Assembly (NCBI GenBank): GCA_030390025.1
Contig: CM059435.1
Coordinates: forward strand, 93,248,001 to 93,312,000
Origin: Squalus acanthias
Lineage: Eukaryota
Direction: 5' to 3'
Length of the DNA stretch: 64,000 nt
Shown: one piece after another, positions 26,419 through 38,450 of the stretch
Layout of the letters: every line of letters starts with the position of its first letter
Numbering within the stretch: position 1 is the stretch's first letter
Position numbers and translations under genes: made by a program
Notes under the pieces: generated by a model
The model's database searches: none
The model's input: only the letters and a program-made list of their open reading frames with translations
What the model was told of the DNA's origin: nothing

Positions 26419-26947
26419 AAGGCAATGGAAGGCTTGTTACTAGCAGCCTTTCTTTGCAGTGTGCTATGTATTTAAAAAAAATATTACCATGTATTTGTTT
26501 ATACTTAAACGTGGAAATGTATTAAGGATTTGAGCATTGAATAGACTTCCTAATGTTAAATGAAACATGCATACATATTGGTCAGTTTCATGAAATAGGC
26601 TGCCATAACTACTCATGACCTCCGATATCATCTCACCATCCCTTGTAGATGCTTCGCAGTGACTTCTCTAGGTTACTGGTTATCCTCTCAGCAAATTTAA
26701 GGCAAAAATAAAGTGAAGAGGGGTAAAAAAAAGTACTTGTGGCCCATATATGGTGCATAAAATTTAGTGTGCTGGTACTGGAGTCTGCATCACAGATAAA
26801 TCTTGGGGTTGGAGAGTAGGGGGAGAGGTGTGATGGAGAGAAGATCAGTTATAACAAGTATGGAACTATCAAGGCAACATGGCTAGACTATTGTGTTGGA
26901 ATTTTGGCAATGGAATTGATCAGTTTGCATATAGTCATCAACTCTAT

Positions 26948-27824
26948 GGGGGAAAAATTCAGTTGGTTTGCGCCTCCCATTAGCGCCTTAAGAGGGCGCT
27001 AATGGGGTGCAAAGCAACTAGCGCCCGTGCGCGGCGATGTTTGCGCCGCTGACGAAATTAACTAGACATTTTGCGGCGGCGCTAAACACTACCGCCACGA
27101 TCTCCTGCACCGGCAGATCGTGACGTCAGTCGAGTGCGTAGCGCCCCGGACCGGATATTGAGTGGCGCCCCCTGCCTTACTGCCTGCCGCTAGCAACGAC
27201 AGGTTGAGGGGAGCATTTTGCAGTCAGGAAGGGACTGGGGGAGCGCTATTTAAAGGCGACCGCTTCCTGCCTTTTTTTGTTGGTGACATTTTTGCACCAC
27301 GCATTCTGAGAGAGAGAGACTTCTGGAGAGACTCAACGCTGTGTGAAGGAGTTTTGGGTACTGAGCAGCACTTTGCAGGTTCATTTTGATTTGCCCTTCC
27401 TTGTATCGATTTAGAAGAGACTGTGGGGGCTGCACTCTGAGCTCTTTCCCTGGTACTCTCCATTGTTCTTTCCAGCAGATTTGATGTACAGGTCTCTCCA
27501 GGCCGAGATTCAAGGCTGCAATGAGCAGGATGTGGATGGAGAGCAAGATCAACCCTCCCCTTTAAGAACTGGCCAGCACCATTGTGTCTGTGTTCCATTG
27601 CTGACTGACATCACATGAGCTTCGCTAGCGCTCTGAGGTAGCGCCTCGCTCCTCGGCCTTTGCGCCTTAAGACAGTTGTGAAGCGCCTGATTTAGTGCTC
27701 CAATCACCTCCAGGGACGATAAAAGCCAAGTTTGCAGTCGGAGGCGATAATTTGCGCCAGGCGCTAATCTTTGCGCCCAGCCGATAATTGCGCCCCAAAT
27801 GGGGCGATACTGAATTTCTCCCCC
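26948..27824. mobile_element. Non-autonomous Harbinger (MITE), copy 2
   Basis: Same TIRs as copy 1, TSD TAT on both sides. Confidence 0.92.
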
Positions 27825-29039
27825 TATATGTTTCTAAATTGTGTTGCCTTTGAATTTACATTTTCTGATGCAATTTATTAATTTGGAGTCAGTTGACAAC
27901 TTGTGTTTTGTAGCTGTAAATAAGATTTAATTCTTGGCAATTCCCACTTGCTACAATAGAGACCAACAACAATTTGGAACTGTTCTCCATTGTACTAACC
28001 ATGATTGTTGGCATGTGGCAGCTCAAACCCAGACTTCGTTTTAAGATTAATTTTGTATATGTTTTAAATCCAAGAACTGCAGTTTTTTTGTGTTCTTGAT
28101 GTGATGCTTTACACTTGGGTATTAACTACCAGCTAATGGGAAAAGGCTGGTGCAAAAGTTGTAGTGGAATTTATTTGTATAGTGCAATTGATAGGAATTT
28201 CCTGTTTTAAAAATTATTTTGTGGGATTTGATATGATGAAACGATTGGACAATGGACGTGTTCATAAGCTCTGTAAAAGTGACTTAAGAGCTTGACATTT
28301 TGGAGCAACAAAATGATCAAATACGATCTCTAGAATGTTTTGTCTATTGTTGCACAAGCTTGTCAAATTTGAGCAAGTATTTTCTCAGCTAAAGTTGAGA
28401 GAATTTTTATATCACTTATTTGGAAAGTAAGTTCTCTAAAAAGTTTAGCACCAGCCAAACCCTGCGTTATGCTTATAATATTCCTTCTGGCTTCCTTCAC
28501 TTTTTTTTCTTGCAATTTTTGTCATTCAATTTTCATTTTTTCTAAAATTCCTAACTAGTTTTTTCTTTTGTCTCTATTCATTCTGTTTTCATTTCCTCTT
28601 ATCCTCCCATTTTCTATTTTTACTGTCTTGCCTTCTTATGTTTTTGCCATTTGCTTTCCCATATACATGTCTGTATCAATTCTTTGCTTCACATTTTTTT
28701 CTTATGGTCTGTGTCTCTATTTCATTCAGCTTCTTTCCTCCAGTCTCCAGCATTCAAATACGTACACCTAACCCTCTTGCATGATCTTGAGAAATATGCA
28801 AACCCAGATCATGCAGCAACATCTCTGAGGTTTCCTGTAGTTTTAGTGTGTTCTCTTTTTTTAAATCATACAGCATGTTGCATTTATATAGTACTCCCCA
28901 AAGCAATCTTGGAACATTTTGCAAGTGGATAGCAAGCAGGAGAGACAAAAGGGAAGAGAGTGATTAGAAGCAAATGAAAGCCTGTTAAAACAGAAGGGTA
29001 CATCATATGCTTTTGATTGCCGGGAAAGAACAGCGAAGT

Positions 29040-29162
29040 AAGCCGTTCAGCCCCTCGAGCTTGTCTGCTATTCAGTTAGATCATGGCTGATCTGTACCTC
29101 AGCTCCATTTACTGGTCTTTGCTCTATATTCTTTGATACTCGTACCCAACAAAAATCTATCA
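29040..29162 (-). mobile_element. CR1 3' UTR fragment
   Basis: GCCGTTCAGCCCCTCGAG...GATCATGGCTGATC, as in the other CR1 tails. Confidence 0.7.
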
Positions 29163-30279
29163 AAGAAAGTGACGAGGTGGAGATGCTGAGCGAGGGAGTT
29201 CCAGAGGGTGAAAAATCGCATGTTGGAGGTGTGCAAATTTCTTCTGGTGCTTCTGGTGTGCAACAAGACAACAAAATGGAAAATCTTCCCTAGGCTGTCC
29301 AGCATGTATTTACAATCTGTCACCATTTCAAGTGTCGCACTGCAAATTTTCTGTGTCACACTTTTTATTTCTTTATACTTTTTTTTAAAGATAGTCATTT
29401 GGAATGTACAAATTCCAACAGAAATTGAAATACCCATCACGCACAGCTAGAATATCTATAACCCCTGACTGATCTTGCCAATCATACTTCAAACAAAAAG
29501 AAAGAAACCCAGGGTTCTGATTAGCAGCCCAAAGAATAATTCAACTCTGGTTTCACCTAATGTCTACTTTGAACTTTGTGTCCTTAAAGGAGCGTGGCTT
29601 CACCTTAGCAGCAGAATAATACACTATACATTAAATCTCCTTTATAAAAGCCTGTATTGTCTGATTTGTTGTGAGAAATGCCACAGGAAATCTGCTGGTA
29701 CTATATCCATTGATAGCTGCTATGTAAACATTTCCAATGGAAATTCCATTGTTAAAATACCAATGTTCATTTGTTATACTTGCCTGTAACTATTAACATG
29801 CCACACCACAAGATGGTGCTCCAATGAGTACTCCGATGTTAAATGACAACACTGACCTGACAACACCGACCTGATATTATTACCTGTTGTGCCACTAGGT
29901 GGTGCTGTATTATCTGTTCCCCAAAAATCTCTACAAATGCTTTCAAAAAATATTTTAGGTATTTTTAAGTAACTGAGATTTGTAATGCCCAAAATAAGGT
30001 TTTAAACAAAATATTTAAAAAAATCAAAAATGTTACATATTTCACAATGATTTGATTACATTTTCCCATTGAATGGTGTCTTTTAATGTGTTCATTAGCT
30101 GTTGCAGTTGGCTCATTTTCACCTCTGAGGCAGAACCTCCTGTGGATACGAGCTCCACTCCAGGACTTGAACGTATAGGCCTAGAAATTGGTCTGCGCAG
30201 CTCCCATTTTTTTCAAACGCTGTTTGGGCTACTAAGGTCCCAATATGACGGGCATATTTCCAGCCAGGGTAGGAAGAGC

Positions 30280-30800
30280 ACTGGGAGTGGGTTTGGCTTG
30301 GTTTGGTAGTGGGCTGTTTTGGTAGAGGAGAGCGAGACCAGATAAAACTTGATGTGGCCAAGATGGGTCTGTTGATGAATGGTTGAACCAGTTGTGTACC
30401 AAGCACGCTCAAGTTTGTCTCTCTTAGACTTGCGAGAGTGAAGATAGAGCCCACAGCAGGGGGAATGATCGGGATGGGAAGCAGTGGAGGTTCTGCTGGC
30501 GATGAGGGCCTCGAAGGTGCAGATGAACAGCTGCAGAGGTATTATGGCGAATGGAGGACTAAAGGCTAGGCAGTTGGAAGTTTCAGAATGTAGTTGTGGA
30601 AGACTTGGGGGAAGCAACTTTTCCACAGATGGATGCAGAGGTAAGTGGGAATGAAAGATGGTAACGGATGTGGATAGTGAAGGATACAAGGATGTGGTTG
30701 GAGCTGTCCTTGTCTGAACGAGATGATGGGGGTAAAAAGGCAACTGGCGTTGGAGATTGAGGCATGGCTGCGAATATGGGTAGGAGAGTTTGTAAACCTC
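30280..30800 (-). mobile_element. Degraded L2-like LINE fragment
   Basis: Minus-strand remnants ...LHSRKSKRDKLERAWYTTGSTIHQQ...IKFY resemble the linker between L2/CR1 endonuclease and RT. Confidence 0.55.
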
Positions 30801-32669
30801 ACTCCCCTTTCAGTATTGATAAATGCCAGATAGCTACCTCCAGTCTTGGTATATGCTGCATATAATCTTGCTCTGTATTCTCAGCTTTAAAAATGGTAAA
30901 GCATAAAAATTAAATACTTGTAAATTAATAGATAGAAAATATAAGCGAGTCTTAAAGTTTTCACAGAATTATGGACAGAGTGTGGAATTCAGTCCCCAAA
31001 GTACCAGTAAATATCCCAGAACACAATTTCTTAAAAATTTGACTGATTTAGTCACTGTAAATAAGTCATTGTGATGTTTTGTCCTACATGACATAAAACA
31101 ACCCTTCCTATTGATTTATTTATTCATTTAGGATAGCACTAATTATTTTTAGGACACAAATAAAAAACACTTGCCTCACTTTCTGAGCAGAACAGTTATA
31201 AACTTACCAGATATTTTCACTGGAAGCTTTACCCACTTTTCCCCACCACAGCCTGCCCCATCCAAACTTGCAACAGCATAACAGTCTTACTAGGAGCTAA
31301 ACCAGGGGTTCTGCTAACATTATATAATTTATGTATAAATGATGCTACAGGAGCTATGTGTTCTACTTACAAGAAATACCCAATTTCTTGTGTGCATAGC
31401 ATGCACTTCCTATAAGTGTAGCACTTAGTTACTGTTACACTTCTCCATCACGCCTGTCTATAACATTGGTCTGTCAGGCTTAAACTTTCTAAGCCTATTT
31501 CTTACACTTCAAAATAGCTCATTCTTTCCCCATGATTGACTCCAACTTGGACTCCTTCAGGCTCCTGATTCTTGTCTCCAAGCTACGTGCTGTTCTTCAC
31601 TGTGGCCAATCTGCAGCCTATGAAAATCCAGCTTCAAACCTGATGAAAACTGCTGCCTCCAAATGCCGATGATTTTTCCCAGCTCCCTCTTGCTGCTCCA
31701 TTCCTGGCCCCCCTCCCTCATTAGCAGCCATTCGCCCCCCTCCTATTGCAACACCCAATTCTTGCCCCAGGGACTTATGCCCCCTCCCTGCCACTGCCAA
31801 CCCACCGCATCCCTGAGACGGGCTCTATCGCCACGTTCCTGGTCATGGCACGGCGTCTGCATTAAGTTCTTTAACAATCATACTGCACTGTTACTATCTT
31901 CATAAAAAACATACTAAGCAATGTAAAGAAATTAAGAGCTGGATAACAGTTGGGAACCGGACAACAGTGCCTTTCTAGGAGTGGGGATGATGCCCACAAA
32001 CAGCTTTCCCAGCTCTTCGCTGGGAGCCATGTTTGAGTTATTACTACTGTAATTATTTCCTCCATGCAGACAATTAAACTGCATGTCCACTAAGCACTTT
32101 AAATAATGAAGAAGACATGGTCATCAGCTCAACTGTTGCTGTAAAATCTATTGGGCAGAGGCTCACAGGCTTAATTGTAGGTGCACCCTCTTCTCTCCCC
32201 AACCACCCCCCCCCCCGCAAAAAAAAATGCCGGATCTCAGTTTTCTATCTACATACAACATATTCCCCATGGTTTTCTTGTGTATCATGGATTTAAAAAA
32301 AAGACATTTTTGAACCTGAAAATATCACTAACATTTTTATGATACATTGATCACCATAAGTCAGATGGCCATGCTAATACATTACGTAATACTAAGCAGC
32401 ATATCCTTTGACTCATGTGAGATCTGCTAGTAATACTTAAACGTTTTGTCAATAGCACATATTTATTGTAAGTTTAACAATTACTTCCTAAAATTAGTTT
32501 TTTTTGTCACACTTTATCAAATTGGCTGAAAGCAAAACAGCAGTGAATTAGAATTGATGAGGTCAGGGCCATACGTATTGAAAACTACCAATGAGAAACT
32601 ACTAAGAACTTATGAAATCAAGCAATCCTGAATAACTAGTCAGGAGGATCTAAGAATAAAGACAAAAAC

Positions 32670-33510
32670 CATAGAAATATACAGCGGAGAAGGAGGCCAT
32701 TTGGCCCATCATCTCTTTGCAAAAACAATCCAAAGCTAATCCCACTGCCCTGGTCTCCCCTATATCTTCCTCTGCTTCAAATATTTATCTAATTTTCCCT
32801 TAAAAGATGCAATACTCGCTGCCTCAAACATTCACAGTGGCAAAGAATTCCATGCTCGAACAACCCTCTGTGTAAAGAAATTTCTCCTAAACTCTCTTCA
32901 CTCTTGGTGACTATTTTAAATTAATGACCCCTCATCACTGACTCCTAACCAGAAGAAATATTAGTTCCCTATTCGTCCTATCAAAACCCTCCATAATTTT
33001 TTTTAAATGTCTCAAATCTCTTAACCTTCTTTGGCCCAGTGGAAATAGTCCCAGTATCTCCAGGCTCACCTCATAATTATAGTTTCTGTTCCTTGGTATA
33101 ATCCTGCTGAACTTACTCTCTATATGCTTTATATACTGGGGCACTCATAACTGCACACTATTACAGCAAGGATATTAAAGGGCAATTGTGGCCGACAAAT
33201 TTATCAACTGCGTTTTTGTACTCCTATTGCCTTATTTAAAAAAAAATCCGAATTGCTACTGGACTTTTATGGCTTCATCTATCTACACTCGTATTTTAAA
33301 GGAATTAAGTATTTGTCTCTAGTTTCTTCATACCCTTCAACATCTTTCCATTGAGTGAATACTCCCATTCCTTATTTTTCCTCCCAAAATGCATCATTTG
33401 ATAATTACAGCATTAAACTTCACCTGCCACTTGTCTGCATATTCCACCAACCTGTCCACGTCTCTTACAGTTGTCGTTGCTGTTTGCTAAACCCCCGTGT
33501 CATCAGCAAA
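32670..33510 (-). mobile_element. Degraded CR1 LINE
   Basis: Reads LGLFPLGQRRLRDL, with a CATAGAA tail and GTCATCAGCAAA (FADD on the minus strand) at ~33500. Confidence 0.8.
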
Positions 33511-33850
33511 TTAATTCACAAATTTTAAAGTTCTTTTATCAGAATTTTTTGCTCCATAACTGAAATTTTTCATCTCCAAAATAAGGTTTCAGACAAAATA
33601 AAAACATCAAAAAATTACGTATTTCATAATAACTTGGTAAAATTTTCCCATAGAACTGTTGATTATGTCCTTTTAATACCTTCATTAATTTCAAAGTCTC
33701 AGCCAGTCTCAAAAGCTTGTGGTATTTTTTACTCCAGAACAGTTGAAGGGAGTCGCTAACCTCTGCAATCTTTACATGTGCAGTTTGTAGAATTTCCCGC
33801 CATGCACCAATAAGTTTCTCTAGATTTTCCAAATCTCCTGTAATCATAAG

Positions 33851-34601
33851 GGCCCAGATTTTGCGTTATAATAACGGTGAGGCTCACAGTATTCATTGTT
33901 ATTATGGAGTAGATCAGACAGCAACTTCTGGAGTCTGCGCATGTGCAGTTAAATGCGGAAATATGGAAGTCGCAGTCCGAGTTATCCTGCTCCTCCACAG
34001 GCCGCGCTATACCGGTACCTCGCCGATAGACTTGGCATTGAAATACATGCAACGGCGTGAAGATGGGGTACTTACCCACTAAACACTTCAGAAAAAGTTA
34101 GGGCTGGTGCTTTCGGGAGGAAGTGAATTTCTACCGACGTGATAAGTGATAATTACTGCCAAACAACCTCTCTTGCCCTGAAAATTTAATTTTACAAGTG
34201 TGGAGTCTCATTCCTTCAGAAGTTAATTAGTCTTGGAGATTTAAAAAATAAATTTTACTTTTTCTGTCTCTTTTATCTCTCTCTTAATCTCATCTTTCTT
34301 TCCCAATCTTTTAATTTTGCTTTCTGTACATGATTTAAATCTAATTTATACTTCTTACTTCATACTTCCTGGTTTAGACTCTGCGTGTCACAGTGAGGAT
34401 TCTTCAATCTGGTTGAAGACACTCACTGTTTCTTGCCCTGCTCATGCACACACTACTGATGTCCTCTAGAGGGCGTCGTGCTGGATCAGATGCCAGATTA
34501 GAGTAAGTCTCCACTCAAAAGCCACGAAAAGTTTGTAGGCAGCTGTCAGCGTAGTGAACGGCGAGCGCCGTTCTTTCGCCGCTGACTCCAAAATCAGAGC
34601 C
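33851..34601. mobile_element. Non-autonomous Harbinger-like element
   Basis: Imperfect TIRs GGCCCAGATTTTG / CAAAATCAGAGCC, CpG-rich subtermini. TSD not clear. Confidence 0.6.
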
Positions 34602-34900
34602 ATTGCATTTATTTTGTGTTTAAAAATGATTTGCAAACTGTTTGATTACCTGAGTTTAGTATTTGAAATATTCATATTTAGACTATTACCAAATGCTTAA
34701 TTTTTATTTGAGAAAAAACAGAGATAATTAGAAAGGGCTGTCATCAGTGGTAGCTATTGGAGAAACAAAGCATATTTAATTATGTAATTATGAAAACATA
34801 TTTATTAATGTAGAAACATATTTCTGGGAGGTTTTGAAAACTTTTAAGAGTAGGCCAATTATGACAACTGAATTTTAAACTTGTGCGTTTCAGAAACTAT

Positions 34901-36288
34901 GGGCTGAATTTTCCATGGTGGTCGGTGGCGGGTCAGGTGGGAAAGTTGTTTTTTTTGACAGCGGGTTGGGAATCTGCTGTCATCTCGCTCCCATGTGCCT
35001 TTCTCACAGGTGCATCTGTCATCGTGGAGCCGACCCGACCTGTAGTGGTGGGAGACCTAATTGAAATCATTGAGGTACTTTACAGGCATTTAAGAGCCTT
35101 TTTCCGCCTACTTTTTAAATTTCCCTGCATGGCCATGAGATTCACGCAGCTGAAGAACCACGTCTGTCAACCTGAGGCGTGCGTTCTGTGGCCATTGCTC
35201 CAGCTGATTACTTGACAGCATAGAAAACAAACCAAAATAAAAACATGTTGATTACATCAGCTAACAGATTGATGGAGATTCTGTTCTACTTGAAAAGCTA
35301 CTGGTAAATGTTAATTCAGAAATTCCTGAAGGGATATAAGTGCTACCCTGGATGGTAAGGGTTTTCACTGGCCATTCTCGGTTGTTGCCTTCCAACTGAA
35401 CAGTAATTGCAGTGAATTGATTGTACTATAAAAAATGAAATATACCATAAAAAAAAATGTTTGTGGTGTTTCTGGTCAGGTTTTTCTAACAGTATACGGT
35501 GATTGTCCAGTTACACAATAAATCAAGTCATCAACCATAACAATTTCATTCTCATCACTCATTCCACTGGTTTAATTTGCTTTCAGTCCCTGAATATGAC
35601 TAATGTAATTTTTCAGTCCGAGGCTTTAGGGTGAATTTCTGTGGGGGTTCTCTCACTTGTCCATTGTTAACTTCAACGGAAGAGCTGCAGAAATCCCAGA
35701 AACACATTGTAAGTACCACTTACACTGTTTGTCAGGGATTCCGCAGCTCTTCCGCTGAACTTGTATAAGATTGTAAATCCACCCTTTTACAATTACATTT
35801 AAAATCTGCTTAACTTTACGTATTCCCTATACACACACATCTTTTATTTGTACCAGTTACTGATACAAAAGTCTATAGATTTGTGACTAAAGCACCAATA
35901 ACTTCCCAATTAATGTACTTTTTTAATTATGTTCTTGATCGTATTTGTAGATGGCGTTATATTACTTAATATTATTTAAATATTTCTTTGTCACTCGTAT
36001 ATAACTTATTATATTATTGTACAGTAAAGCTTCAATATCCACTATGTTAGATTAAACTTAAAATTTATTGTGGCCAGGGTCCCTTTAAGGATCCCGGCTT
36101 AAAACGCGTCATGAATGACGTCACCAGACCCGCTCCATCTAATTGGACCGGGTAACGCGCTGAGCGAGCTTAATAGGCCCCATTAAGGTAAGTTCATTTT
36201 GTACAGCGGGATGGAGCCAGCAGCCGGGTCGGGACCCGCCACGGACACTGGCCGCACCGGACCTGCCAAGGTAAGGAAAATTCCGGCC
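34901..36288. mobile_element. Non-autonomous Harbinger-like element
   Basis: TIRs GGGCTGAATTTTCC / GGAAAATTCCGGCC, GC-rich subtermini, AT-rich interior. Confidence 0.65.
35629..35784. mobile_element. Small palindromic MITE nested in the 34901-36288 element
   Basis: Ends GGGTGAATTT / AAATCCACCC. Internal inverted arms CGGAAGAGCTGCAGAAATCCC / GGGATTCCGCAGCTCTTCCG. Confidence 0.6.
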
Positions 36289-36784
36289 TCTGCGTTTCAG
36301 AAACGAATTGGATTACATTTGTTATCCGATTGTCAACATTCTAATTAATTACAATTGCGTTAGTTGCAGACTAAGTGCACAGCCAGCAACTAAGTGTTAA
36401 AAATGCATTTTGAACTTCAAACCGACTACAGGCTAGTAACCAGCTAAAAACCTGGGAACATTGTGGGTGGGTCAGCCCAGATTCTGCTATTCTCTCTCCC
36501 TCAGTGGTAGAAAACACTAGCCCCTTTTCCCCTCGATGACCCTGCAACCCCTCCATCCAGTGTCCCTGATTCTGAAACACCTTTCAATGTTCCTGCACTC
36601 GGGGACCCCACTGCCAGATTTGCTATAGGCCACCAGGCCAAAGTAAAAAAGACAAGTAACTCTCTGAAGAAATGAGGAAGGTATATGCAAACATAAAGAT
36701 TATCATACTAATAGGGGATCTTAACCAACCTAATATAAATTAGGAATGTCTAAGTGGTCTCGAAATCTGTCTGGACCTTTGTAT

Positions 36785-37270
36785 CATATCCCCCAGTGCT
36801 ATCCGTCCTCAAAAAACCCCACCCCCAATCCCATCTCCTCAGTGCTTCCAGATCATGGCACGTTCCCCGTTGCCATGCTGATACCTCCCCCTAGTCCTGC
36901 CAGACATGAGCCCTTCCCCAGTGTAGCCATACTCCCACACCTTCAGTGCTACCAGACCCTGGGCCTCCTTGTCCCAACCTCTCCTCAGTCCTGAATGCTC
37001 CACCCTGGCAATTCCACCCTCTCCCTCAACCCCCCAGTTGCCAGTGTTGACCGACCCTAATACCTTACCCCACAGTGCTGTTATACCTTAGGATCCCCAC
37101 CACTGTCAAATCCTGTAAGCCTCCCCCTACTGTTAGACCATAAGGATCACCCAGTAAATCAAATCAAATGTTCTTCCCTTCAGTTCCAACAAACACAGGA
37201 TCTCCTCCACAGTACTGTCATACCTCAAAACCACCCTCTATTGCTATCACAGCCCAACACCTCCCTCTCC
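36785..37270. repeat. Degenerate C-rich minisatellite-like array
   Basis: Recurrent ~25-35 bp unit with core CCC(C/A)AGTGCT(G/A)..A(G/T)ACC. Confidence 0.5.
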
Positions 37271-37534
37271 ATATCTGGTCCATATCCATTCTGATAAACC
37301 TTGCATATCATTTTACTGTACATTTTTTTAAAATGAGGAAGTAAAAATAAAATACAGAAGATAAAAGAACATATTATAATATTCAAAACTACTCATTTAC
37401 AATTTTCATGGAAAAATTGACAGGACAAAGCACCAGTAAAAGTTCCAGAATATTCAGAGAAGCAGGATTTGCTCCTTCTGTTGCCATTTACGAGGTTAGT
37501 TTTATATAGGTATTTTCAACTTTTAAAAAAAATT

Positions 37535-37875
37535 TGGTTTTGGGATGTGAATGATGCTGGTGAGCTGGCATTTATTGTCCACCTCTGGCTGCCCTGAGAA
37601 GGTGGTGGTGTTCCTTTTCCTTGAACTGCTGCAGTGCTTGTGGTGATGGGGCTCTCATGATGACAGTTGAGTAGGGAATTCCAGGAATTTCGTAATGTAA
37701 TGATGGCAGTATCTGTCCAAGTTAGATGGTATGTGGTTTGGAGAGGAACTTGCAGGTGATTATGTTGCCATGACATTGCTGCTTTTATCCTTCTCGGTAG
37801 ATCTGACAGGGCAGGGAGATACTGCAGAAGGAATATGCCAAGTTGTTGCAACGCATCTTGTAAATAGTTGCTGCA
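37535..37875 (-). mobile_element. Degraded 3' end of CR1/L2-group LINE (family B)
   Basis: Tail motif shared with 4740. GCATCTTGTAAATAG links it to the 52860-53056 sequence. Confidence 0.65.
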
Positions 37876-38354
37876 GCCATCATGCCACTACCAGGTCAAG
37901 ATACCTTTTACATCTTGTGACATCCCTAACAAATTGGGTCAGAAATCGTTCATGAATTACAGTCGTTAGTTCCGATTTCTAGACCACTTAGACATTCCAA
38001 ATTTATATTAGGTTGGTTAAGATCCCCTATTGGTATGATGATCTTTATGTTTGCATATACCTTCCTTATTTCTTCAGAGAGTAAATTGTCTTTCTTGTTT
38101 TGGCCTGGTGGTCTATAGCAAACCCTTAAAATAATTTTTACCCCACCATACTATATACTTAGAAAGTTATGCTGCACCAAAAAGGCTACTTCCTTTACTT
38201 CCTAGGTGAGCCTGACACATAGACTACTCCACCTCTTTCCCTGTCTCGTCTGTCCTTCTGGAACATTATAAACCCTTGTATGATATACTGTCTCCAAAAC
38301 AGGAGACTAAGAATGTTTCTGAAATCCCTATTACATCATAGTTTCCAATTGCCT

Positions 38355-38450
38355 CAACAACAGCAACTTATATTTATATAGCGCCTTTAACGTGATAAAA
38401 TGTCCCAAGGCGCTTCACAGGAGTGTTATCAAAAAACAAAATTTGACACC
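38355..38450 (-). mobile_element. SINE/L2-type 3' tail fragment
   Basis: CAACAACAGCAACTTATATTTATATAGCGCCTTT...TCCCAAGGCGCTT, similar to the tail at 40680. Confidence 0.65.
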
